Source of the DNA: Trichoplax adhaerens
Taxonomy: Eukaryota; Animalia; Placozoa
Assembly: GCF_000150275.1 (NCBI RefSeq)
Contig: NW_002060943.1
Coordinates: 10,572,209 to 10,636,208, forward strand
DNA: 64,000 nt
Reading direction: 5' to 3'
Shown here: piece by piece, positions 36,573 to 49,100 of the stretch
How the letters are laid out: the number at the start of each line of letters is the position of its first letter
How positions within the stretch are numbered: the stretch's first letter is position 1
The notes under the pieces: model-generated
Told to the model about the DNA's origin: nothing
The model's input: the letters and a program-made list of their open reading frames with translations, nothing else
Database searches by the model: none
Program-made: the position numbers and the translations under genes

Positions 36573-37433
36573 CTTCGGCTGGTTACAATATACTAGTAAT
36601 GTAGAAGTATCATGTAACTTTAAGAGTCTCGTAAGGTATTGTGATTTTATAAAGCAGACTAAACTTTATGAATGTAAGAATTGCGATATTGTATATTGAC
36701 GATCATAAATATTTACTATGTATAATATTTTTAATTAAATTAGTTAGGTAAGTTGTATTACAATCTTACTCTAGAAATGTTCTATAATTGAGATAGAAAG
36801 TTATGCATGATGTTAACAGTAATCAAATTCAAACTCCATGAGTTCCATATACTTACTAGATTAATTTCCTATCACCTATAAAACCCAAATGGACTATTTC
36901 AGTGAAATTTTGAAACTAGAATATGCTAAGCATTGAATAAGTTCAGGATTATAGGATTGTTGTCCAGTCGTGTATTTCTATGCCAAGTTATGGATTATGC
37001 GCTACCTATATAAAATGATTAAAATCTTCAATTAGGGATAGACACGGTGGGTTTACTTCAAATTAGTATAATCGTAATCATTGGCCAGTATTTACTGGTA
37101 GATACTACATAAATGAATTGTTTGTAAATTTTCCAGGTCTATACGATTCTGTTAACAATTAAATACGTTTAGTAGAATTCACTATTATCATACGGTTGTA
37201 AGACTGCTTCAGTTATACAATGTCGTATAAAATAACTTGTTTAGGCCAGCTTGATCTATTACTGTTGGTGCTTGTCGAGTATAGCTGGAAACTTATACAA
37301 TTACTATATTAATTTATTGACGTTAAAGCCATCATATAACCTACCTGGCTAAGAAATATTTATCTCAAGAGGCAGTATGAATATGCACTCCAATGGCAAT
37401 CTGTCTGTGCAGTATTATTTTGGATTAGCAAAC

Positions 37434-37447
37434 ATCTCTATGGCAAC
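37434..37447. promoter_or_regulatory. RFX X-box-like element
   Basis: ATCTCT-AT-GGCAAC fits the 14-bp X-box consensus RTHNYY-WT-RRNRAC. It lies about 860 nt upstream of the WDR97-like ATG, near a minus-strand splice donor at about 37345 (possible 5'-UTR exon). Confidence 0.55.
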
Positions 37448-40112
37448 ATCAAGTCCTTATACTGAGTCTGCGCTAATATCTACTGTTATAACAACCAATC
37501 ATCTGCGAGAATCATGGCGTCTGGATTTACCGTTAGTTTATACGCTGCAATGCTTAATTTCCACATTTTTAGCTTTCAGGATTTACTATGTCGTATCATC
37601 GATTATACACATTGGAGATTACTGTGTGGTGATCAATCTCTATACTGTAACACGTATAGCTAGGCCTTAGTTCAGTTCAGTATAATAAAATACAGCATAT
37701 CAAGTGGGTGTATCATATTTATCCAGCTCAATTGATTGTAAAATAGCAGATACTTCACTGAACTATACTGATACATGTACCGGTAGAAATGAGATGAAGA
37801 GCATTATTAAAATTATTTTGATATATGACACGTTATGTCGGTTATTAGTATGAATATATGCAACATGAATGCATTTATTTATTTATGTTCTTTTATAGCT
37901 TTCAGTACTTTTCGTGGAGTACTTGTACTATAATTTATATGTTGGCTCTACTAAATAAATGACCCATTACACAATTCGTTTATCGAGATTTTAATTCGAC
38001 GTGGTAAGGTATATATATCGTGTATATTTATTGATCCTACCCTGCTGAACTGACTGTACTATAAATATACTGAATTTATACTAATAGGGATGAGGGGTGT
38101 AGTATTATGTTAAAATTAATTTGATATTTGACCGACTATATTAGTAATTAGAATAAATAAATATACGAGTATAAAGTTTATTCGTGCATATGTACAATAT
38201 TGTATATAGCTGCACGCTACAACGAATAAAAAGAATAACAAAACCCTTTTCAGTTATATCATAATAGACAGATGATCGCTTTTGATTAATTTCTATGCTA
38301 TTGTATTCATAATACTGCATAGTAATTGCTAAAGATGATTTTTTTGGCCTGAAATTCAATAAAATTTAATTTATGTGCCATTAATTCATGAGAAATTGCA
38401 ATACTACTCATCGTTTCATAAGATAGGATAGCAATTTCATGATGTAGTGCCTATCATGATATGTATAATGACTTGCATGTTAGGATTAGTTTTCATGCAA
38501 TATGGACTATGCTATCTCGTCTCTAATATCACACAATCTTGGATAGTAACCACGACTGCAAACGATATTTACTAGTATAACAGGATTACTATCAAAACGC
38601 TGTCCTGTAGTAATTATGCCGTCCAAATGGACTCTCCGCAATAAAAGGCTTTGGTCTGCGTAAATGTAATCAAAAGTATAAATACACTAACATAGAATGT
38701 GGGTCATGGGAATTGTAGTATTAAAATCACTATCTGAAACGATAAAAATGCATATAATCGCCATTTTAAGGGCTCGCAAATCGCTTATAAATAATCACGC
38801 TACTTCTAGTCTTCACCGATCATTATAATAAAGTATTATTATTAAAAGTTTTTCATTAAACTGCAGTTCATTAGCGGATTATTTACTGTTTATTTTCAGG
38901 AGACAGTACACGGTACGGTATAAAGTTACTGAACCTCTGTTAAATGAGCACATTATCGTAAACCGTCAGTAAAGCGACGGGAGTTTGCACTAGTATTGAG
39001 TAATAACGATGCAATCCTATATATTTGTCCATATATAGTATGCCTATTTATGGAATGACAAACTGTGAAGATTTTTCTGTAGCTTCTACGTTGCTATTTC
39101 ATACAAAGTCGCTATTGAATGTCTCACACATAGCATTGAGTTTATACTATTTTAACGATAGCCCTTGTCAATATGCAATTATTATTTACGATCCGACACA
39201 GTCGATCTCATTAAAAATCAGTGTTGATCAGTGTCTTTTTTTATACTAAAACTATAGTGGATAAAATAGGAAACAATGGAATAGCGTTGGAAAACTTGCC
39301 TACTAACGTGATTAAATTAAGCGGTACATTGTGCTATCTTCTACAGTACAAATTGGCGTTACTTAATGAGTAAGTTGTCTACTACCATTGTGATAGTTGA
39401 TACAGTAGAGCTGTTGTGATCAAGCTAAGGAAACAATATACAATCTTCCCCCATATTATATATAATATACCACATTGAGTAGACTGTACTAGGAAGATCC
39501 TAATAAACACTATTATGTCAATATTAAGCCTACAAAGAATAAGACTCTACTCCTAAAACTGTTCGCAAAGCGTACTGTATTCTAATTACATAACAATACA
39601 CATTATATTGCATTGTGCTTTCAATCAAGATAAAATACCGTTAATCGATTAAAATGCATTTATACTAATTTTAATCAGTAGTAACGGTGCAGTATATTAG
39701 TTCTCGAATAAGTTAAGGCTAACCTCCTGACGATAGTAGCTAAGCGTTGCATTGGAGGTATACGCGTACAAAACTGGATTGAAGACTGTAAAGGTGTGAC
39801 ACTAGAATGAACCAGCTGACAGTATTTTAAATCTGTTTTTCTCCTTTTCTTTGCTATGACTAGTTAGTTATTCCTTGTAGGCAGATAACGTATTTATTAA
39901 TTAGTATTGATAAAAATTAGTTCTTATTATCATCGAGGGAACCGACGCTATTCCTCCTTAGAGATCTATAGTTGAAGTTAGATTTGATTACGTTAAATTA
40001 ATGGAAGCGTTCATTACAAATTATTCTACTCAGCGAATGGATAGCCTTGTAATATTTTTCATTTATTTAATCTAGTCTTTCCTTTCGGTATATCCAAGTA
40101 ATTGAAGACACC

Positions 40113-43100
40113 ATGGAGGAAGATTATCGTCAGTTTGCTGATGGCCTAGGTGAAGTGTCGCCTGACGAAGCTGGGCTAGCCGAAGAATTTCGTAATTTGT
40201 ATCAAAACCGATTGAGGTTGATGGAAAAAGTTCAGAGTGAAATGGAACAAGCTCAAAAAGTTAGTTAAATGAAATAATGTCAATATCATATTCAAATTAC
40301 TGTACCAATTGCAGATGATCATTTTTTTGCAAAATTTCTCCAAACCAACACGTAAAATTAGACTCAGACTCGATCGGGACTTAAAGTAAAGTTGAAACGT
40401 GAAAAACACGATAAAGCGACCCATGCATTCCCAATAACAGTCTAGTCGATCCTTTTTTTTTATTTATTTGTTTCCTTTTCGCTAGTAAAGCAACTTTAGA
40501 GGTCTTATATACCACGACAACAAATTTTAGGAGGAGGTTTAATATTTTTTGATGTAAGGATACTACCACGCTATAAATAGTTCAGTTGGGTAATACAGCA
40601 GTTTAATGATATCAATAGTCTCGAAGTTATCTTTTGACTCGTTGAATACGATATTTCTGCCATTATCAAACCATTTTGAAGCGTAATTTCGCCTAAACAT
40701 AACTTAAAAAGATTTAAATCACCATTTAAATTTAATGATTAATTTTTATCCCTGGCTCTAAAGTTTCACCACATTTTACTAAAATTACTCGTTGCAACTG
40801 TTCCATTGTTTAGAACTCTGCCATCAACATTATGTTGAAACACAGCAGATATTTTCCCTGCCGCTATTTGTATATATATGTTACCTGGCTGATTTCAGAA
40901 ACAGAATTTAAAAAGTTTAAATAGCTTTTAAATTACCCCTGTACAATAATTGCTATCTTGACAATTTAAGCGTCTAACAGTGTAACAGCAATATTCGATA
41001 ACGGCTTAAGCAGAGACTACTCCTACTGCCTATTGTGACAGAAATAACATCATTGCATGACATAAATAACTCCTAAATCATATCGCTTTATGAATCTGCT
41101 TGGTCTTATCGTTATTTTTGTTTTTTTTGCTAAATCAAAAATACTAACGCTCATGTAGCTAATTTATCTTTGTGCAAAGTACGTAATAAGACTTACCGCA
41201 TCGTTATATTAGAAATTACACGGTGCATTCCGTTTATGTTCGAATGGCTCTAATACGCCCTACATACATCTACTTCACTTGTTGTATGAATAGCAATCTT
41301 TTGATAATTTACTAAAAAACATTATGAATGGACTAAAATTTTTTAAATTAATTGCTTTAAATTTAACAGTATCTGATTAACACGTAGTAAATAAGGCTAT
41401 ACGTTGCGATGACCGTATCATCTGATTACGGTCAGCTCAATACAGCTCGACGTAGTACTGACATTATTCCATCCACTTAGAAAGCTTTGACATTAAATAG
41501 AATTTAGCTGAGTGAGTAAAAACTTTACTTTTATTAGATATTTATTAAATTTTAACACCAAAATTGGATTATTTCATACCCCTCAGTGCGGTAGCTGTAG
41601 CATTGTACTGATGGTTATAGGTGTTCCGTAACATGCTGATTGCAACTTAATTGCATCATTCCATCTAGGCAAAGAAGTCTTACTAATAAATTAAACCGAT
41701 AAATTACTTGAATTATAAAATTTATTGGCTTGATGACTATGCATGAAACAACGAAATACGTACTATCAAGCCCGGGTACTAATGGATGAGGAAAACAAAG
41801 GAATAACTGTATGAGAATACAACTGCACTTTTGCGATATCGATCAAGGAAGGATTTAATTATAAATCCTTATTCATAACCTTCATTTATTTATTAACGTA
41901 CATGTTGTCTGAAAATACAACAGCAGTTGGCAATATACGTAACGTTGACGCATTTTTTTGTTTTTTAGTGGATAAAATTTTAGTCAAAAATACTGTCAAA
42001 ATGGATAATGATAGATCCTGTACTAAAAGCGATGGATAACGTTAGGATGCATAGTCGAAATATTTGCACAATTGTAGTTTTCACCTAGGGCTATCCTAAT
42101 GGTAAATACTGTACAGACTGCAAAGGCTGAGAATTCTCAGATCTATCCTCATAAATATCGAGTAACTTAAATTTTTCAATTGTAATTAACTACTACCGGT
42201 TCTTTAAAGGACTCATTCTCTATTAAGTATAGAATATATAAAGAAAACCAAAACCACGTAATATTCGATTTTATGAATTCTCTTTATGTGATAGTATAAA
42301 ATTCAATTAAAATAGCTTGAGATAACTTGATCTTACAGATGTTTTATAATTAATTTGTACTGTTGTATCTTAATCTTTCGCAGAATCAGTTACGTAACTT
42401 ACAAAGCTACGTAGAAGAACTGAGCGAGCAAAATGATTCACTTGTTCATACTGTTGAAGATTTGGAAAGGGAATCTTACGATCGCATTCAATTACTAGAA
42501 AGCAACTTACACAACGTTACTATGGAATTATCGGTAAATTAAATCAAACACACATTATTTTACACTAATATAACTCGGGAAGTTATTCTCCAGCTCTATA
42601 GCTATTTTACTAAATACTCATGAATAATATTGAAGATTTTCGTCTATCTTATTATAATATTACATTGACGCTATTGCTTTCGTAATATGATAAGGAGTGA
42701 CTATAAAATTTATTAATAGCTTATAAATTAATTATAATTAAATGATAGGAAAAGTCTAAATTGATTTGTGGACTAGATACCGAGTTAGAAACCATTAAGA
42801 AACAAAGGAGAGAGGAAAATTTGGAATTGATTGTATGTTTCAAACAAAGTCTGGTGTTATTATATAAATTAAAACTTACTAAGTTGGGTATATTTTATCA
42901 TGTAAATGTATAAAAGATTTCGATTTAAGTTAAGCTCTAGATTACATAGACATATATAAATATGCAATAGTTGCAGCGTAATATGATTTATTTTGGAAGA
43001 GTATTGAATTAGCGTATTGAAACAGTTCATTCTTGAACAAAAGTTCTTCTCTAAGTACATCCGGATCATTATGATTTATCAGAAAACATATTTCTACTGG

Positions 43101-46100
43101 CAGATATGCAAAAATTTTATGCACAACATAAAATATCATCTATCAATAAAATATCTTGTCAATTGAAACCTTTATTATACTAATACGATTCCCTATTACT
43201 TATATTTAAAATGGCAATCTTGTTTTTCAGGAACTACGTGCTGCGAATCGGGAGTTAGAAGCTCCATTACAAGCACTAGAAGATAAGGTGGCAGACTATG
43301 AATACGATATCGGAATTCTAATTGATTTTATATCTGCAGCTAGAAAGTCCGGAGAATTTGATGTAAGAAATATTAGAAAATGTGTGGTTTTCGTTCTCAT
43401 TTAAATATATATATATTTGTTTCATTTATAGTAACAGTTTAAAGACGTAATTTTGAGTATATCATCTGCCTATGATTAATGTAAATTTAGATGTTATTAA
43501 ATATTAAATGATAGCAGTAAATAATTACTGAAATTCTACTTGCCTTCCTTGTGTCATTGATTGATAAATTATAGCCGTTCAGATGAAATCTTGTTGTTAG
43601 TAATCTATCGTTATTGGCTTTGTACGTAAGAATCAAAAATAATAGCAAAATTAATTCATTCTTAAATTAATAGCTAAATGCTATAGAATTACGAACCATG
43701 CCAGCTGAAATCATCCGAGCAATTCATTCAAATGTACCGAAAGACATGTAAGTTCATTTTATTACTGAATTAAATTTTAATTAGTTAGTAAATGTAGTAT
43801 TTGAAACTACAACTGTATCATTACGCGTACACCATAGAAAATAAATTTCAAGCTGTATATTTGTTTAATCATTAATATGGTCTAATACTATTTAATAAAG
43901 TAAAACATCAAGTGAAATTTTACAAGAACATATCGTAGAGCTGAAAAAACAGGTATTGCATTAATGCTTACATTATGTCAATTGGACAAGATCACTATTA
44001 TTAACAAATCTTTACTGCGATATTTGTTTCAAAGATGAAAAATTTGACAACTTTTTTGTAGTTCCTAACAATTGCAATCAATATACACTATAATGATGAT
44101 TTCTCGTTTAGCTAAACCATCGAGATGAGATCATTCAACGCTTGCAGCAGGATTTGAAGGAAAATGAAAGAAATCATCAAGAAATGGTTGATGAGGTATG
44201 ATCTATAAGCTAAAATTTATCCTCACGTTGATTTTACAATGTGGAATGTAATGAATAATAGCAATCCAGCATATTTTCGTATTAATATTAATACTATGAC
44301 GAATGAACAATTTTAAAATAGATATCAAAGAAGGGAAAAGCAGTGTCTTCCCTTGAAAGTGAGCTAACATCCATGCAGGGAATCAAAGATAATTCATTGC
44401 AAGAGGCAAGTATAATTCTAAACTATGTGTATCCTGTAACCTATTATGAAGAATGAAGTTAGCTTTATGGGAGATAGTAATGAAAATTCAACTTGTTTGA
44501 TATATTTTATTTGCAGTAGATGTAAATTTGATTAGCATTAATTAGTTATTCTTTGTGAAGAAGCTTATATCGTATATATTGTAGTTTCAGTAAATTGTTT
44601 CTAATTGATTTAGAAATTTAAGTATCATGCAAGTCAGTAATAGAATTTGTTATTGCAAATTACTACTCCAATAATAATTGCATCTTTCCAATGCTTAGTA
44701 GTAGTTTTCTCGAAGACAGAAGCTTTGTTCATGATGTGTTTTTTAATGAAATTGGATAGATGTTTATTTAATCAGTTTCTTTATTGCAAAACAAGCTGAA
44801 TTATTTTCGTGTAAAGTATATCGAAACTTTAATGAATTTTTACATTGATTTAAAATTGTAAGTAGCGTGTAGTTAATAATTGAGTATATTATTGCAGAAT
44901 GCTACTGTAATACCCTATTCCATCTTGTTAAAGTCAGTTGATTAGTCAGTCAGGAATTGGGGCTCATTTTTCCAACAGACATCCGAAATGATCGTAATTT
45001 CTTACTGATTAAATCGCAATGTACAAAAATGTTTGACTAAAAGATTGTATAAATATTATACTGACGGTGCTATCACGAATTTTTTACTATAAATAGATTT
45101 TTCAGAAAGATGCTGATATTCGAAAATTAAAATCAGAATTATTGATGGTGCAAAGTGAACGGGACGCTCTTGCGAAAAGGCTAGAAAGCCAGGATGCAAA
45201 TGTTGAAAAATTACAATCGATGCTGATAGTATTGCAAAACAAACAGAGATCGATCCTTTTAGATGTTAGTTATTTAAATGGAGTAATTTTAAATATCGTA
45301 ATTAACGAACTTGAACTGTTTAGCGATAAGGATGGTAAAAATCATAAAAGTAATCGTAATTAATAACTGCAATATAGGATAAAACAGATAATATGTTAGA
45401 AGAACAAAGAAGAAAATATGAGAAAGAGGTAACGATAATTTTAACTATATGTTGCGATAGCTAGTAAATATAACGTTGTTATTCAATATACCAAAATCTG
45501 AAAGACTGAAACTCAAATCACTACTTCAAAATTGAGCATATAGACTTTGAATTCTTATTTTATGTTGTGAAATAATGTATTATATAAAACATCGATTAGC
45601 TTGCAGATCGTGAAGAATGGATTAGACAATCAAAATCTGAAATAGATCTAATGCAGGAAAAGTCTAGTAGGTCAACTCAAGAGGTAATAAGCTTATAGTT
45701 CTCCTATATTCATTCCATATCATGAATTTTTCAATCGTTCCGCATTGTAGCTTATTTTATTATTTTAACTTAATAATTTTTCATACTTTTCTAGATTGCC
45801 GAAAATCAAACAAAAGTTCTCTCCTTGGAATCACAACTTCGCCTGTTAAAAGAACAGCATTCACTCACACTCAACGAAGTTAGACATATTACGTTTATAC
45901 TATTAGTTACTAACTACTGTAATTGCAAAATCATTCAAGATATGTAATATGTCTATGATATCGAGTATCTTTTCGATGATAAATGTGAAATTTATGTCTG
46001 GTAATACAAATAGACAAATTATGTTTACTTTTATTAATCGTTAACTGATTTCTTAGCTTAATTGAGATGATTTTTTTTATTTATCGATATAATCTTCGTG

Positions 46101-49100
46101 TAGTACTAAGCAATTCGCTCAAAATTTCTAGCTAATATTGCTCCTCTAAAGCAATATTAAACAAGTTTTTTATTTTATATTTTAAACTACAGCGTGAATC
46201 TCTACAATCTAAATTGAAAAAACTAGATTCAGAGAAGGATGAAATAGAAAGAAAGCACTCTCAAACGGTTGGCTATTTTTCACTTTTGCTTTTAATAATT
46301 AAAATTTGTTATGTCTATCTGATCTGATCACTACTAGAGACAATATAATCAGTCATTTATTTAATTCAGTAAATACTATAGAATATCGCTAGGTTATTAG
46401 AACCAGAAATGAAACTAGTAGAATCATTAATTAAACAGATTTACTTACATAGAAATTATACGTATATTACCAAAGAGTAACATGATTGAAATTAATCAGA
46501 ATTTTTCAATCTCCCAGAACACTTAATGTAGCCTGCAAAAGCCGTGTGTAGTTTCTATTTGATAAAGTAGTACACATGTAGGGATAACCAGTTTAGTTAA
46601 ATTAAATTATATTATATCAGGAGTTTTTATTTTAATCTTAATTAATAATACTAACGTACATCATCGTATCAGTAATAAATACCATATAAACATAACAGAT
46701 ATCCCTGAATCAATGAACTAGATCAAGTTGAAATCTCAGATTCTCGAAACCCTATTTAACTGCAGTATTGTATGAACTTGATACAGTTGATGCTCGCAGC
46801 CAACGATTAACACTCTAAAGGTTATATTATCTTTTGATGACTTTACAGATAAATCGCTTGGAAGTTCAAATCGAAAAGTTACAAAGTGATATGGCTTCGT
46901 TGGAAAATGCTAAAAAAGAGAGTGAAATCTCTGCTCAAGATGCTGCGGAAAGATTTTCATTACTACAGCAAGAAACGGATGAAAGTCATCGTAAGGTAAT
47001 AATCATTTAAAAAAGTAAAAAAGTTTTTTAACTTATGACTGGAGTATACGAGTATACATTATCAGTTTATCATTTGAGAACTTGGAAGAGGTTGAGCCTT
47101 TCATTACATTAATAATACAACTATAAATCATAAAGAAGTCTGTATTGTAAATTAAGAAAATTTCTGGTATATAATTAGGTAACAGATTGGCGCCTAGAAC
47201 TAAATCAGGTTAAACAAGGCTTGCAAGAGTCAAAAAATCAAAGCGAAAAATATAAGAAAGAGGTAAATTAATACTCGGATAAATCAATACGAAACTAATG
47301 AAATATAAAGTATTTACTACAGTACTCCTGTATCAAAAAGTAGCCTGATATAGAAATTATTAGAAATATAAGATGATCTCCTAACAAACAGTATGAGATT
47401 TTATTTAAAAAAAATTGTAAAACAAATGAATGAACTTTGACTTCAAATGGTTTACATCCCTAAGATTTATAAAGCTGTTATCTTGCTTACAAAAATTGAC
47501 GAAATTACCTTCGTGATATAGTTAGCAGAATATCCGGTTAAACTGAAAGAATTGGAAGAACAACGAGATGCAATCCAAGAAAAATACGATGAGAACCGCG
47601 AAGAAGTACATAATAATTTATCGACTACTTTTGATTACATTAATTATGAAGCTTATTAATTTAATTACGGCTTCCCCGTTACTACTTGTATATTTATTTA
47701 GCTGGAAAAAATTAAGACTGAACTTGAGAAATGTAAAATCAAGGCTGACGATGAACGTAACGCGCTGGCAGAAGAAGTATAATTTTAACCTTTTATCATT
47801 ACTAAAGCAGCTCATTCCTAATGTAATGCGGTAAATCATTACCTAAATACATAATAATCTATTTTAAATTATCAATATCAAGGTTGCGCATCGTCATGAT
47901 ATGCTAATCAAGACAAGACATGAAATCGTTAGTCAAGAGCAAAAAAATCGAGATTTGGTTGCAGAGGTAAATTGCAGTTTTCAAATTAAAGATAAATAGT
48001 GTTACGTGAGCTGTAAAATAATATTGAAGGCTCTAATCCTTAGTAAATATTACTGACCCACTTCTTAATAATTGAGCATTAAATTACTACTATACAGCTT
48101 GTCAGCCGTAAGGAAACAATTCATCAACTGCGCCAAGAGCAGAATCGTAAAACAGAAGATGTAAGTTGCTAGTTTCCATCGAAATCAATTTAAACCGAAA
48201 ATTTGATAACCATTACCGATGGGAACTATATCTCATTAGAATATATCTTGATCTAAAATAGTGTCTTAATGGTTATAAAGTAACAGATTTTACTATTATT
48301 CTAGTTTAATACGAAGCTAAACCAGTTCGAGAGAAAATTAGCCGAATCAAAAAATCAAAGTAACACGTACTGGGAAGAAGTTAGTTGATAGACAATCTTC
48401 TAATTTTAGCTATTATAATATTATTCTACAAATGTCTTTATCCAATACCATTGTATATCAAATTAAGTGTTATTCTATTTTGAAATTAAAGCAAATATAT
48501 AACGGGAAAATGTTGATAAATGATCTAAGATTTTAATCTTGGCATATCAGTTTAGATATAACTTTGTTTTAATATTTTTGCAAGTCAAGCTGTATTTTGT
48601 ATTCGCTTATTCTCTTATTCCTTTCCTTTAGATGACTAGAATGTCAGACCAAATTAAGAAATTTCTTGTTGAGGTTAGTTATCCTGCAGTAAGACGTAAA
48701 AAAATACTACATGTTCTAATAATAGCAACGAACGAAGGAAATTAAAATGTGGAAACGATTATTGTTTTTAATAGATTGAAAGCAAAGATGAAGCACTTCA
48801 GAAAGCCAATAATGAGATTGAATCGCTAAAGAATATCAATACTCAAACAGAGGCAAAGGTATGACACTTGTAATTAAAATAATTTACTTTCTTCTATAGA
48901 TTTGTGAATTTATTTTATTTTCGGCCTTAAGATCTAATCTAGACCTATCTTAAGCCACGTAATAATTGTTAGCATTGGTAATAATATACTTTATTACTAG
49001 TATCGGGATTATGAACAAACGATTGAAGATTATAAATTGCAACGCGATCAACACTTGGACGAAGTTAGTATTTATTGCAAGCGCTAATCTTCCGTTGAAG

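Noticed and set aside
37377-37670. 97-aa plus-strand ORF, plus 38141-38359 and 39025-39249
   Set aside because: Composition is typical of non-coding AT-rich DNA with no motif. The first overlaps the X-box and promoter region.
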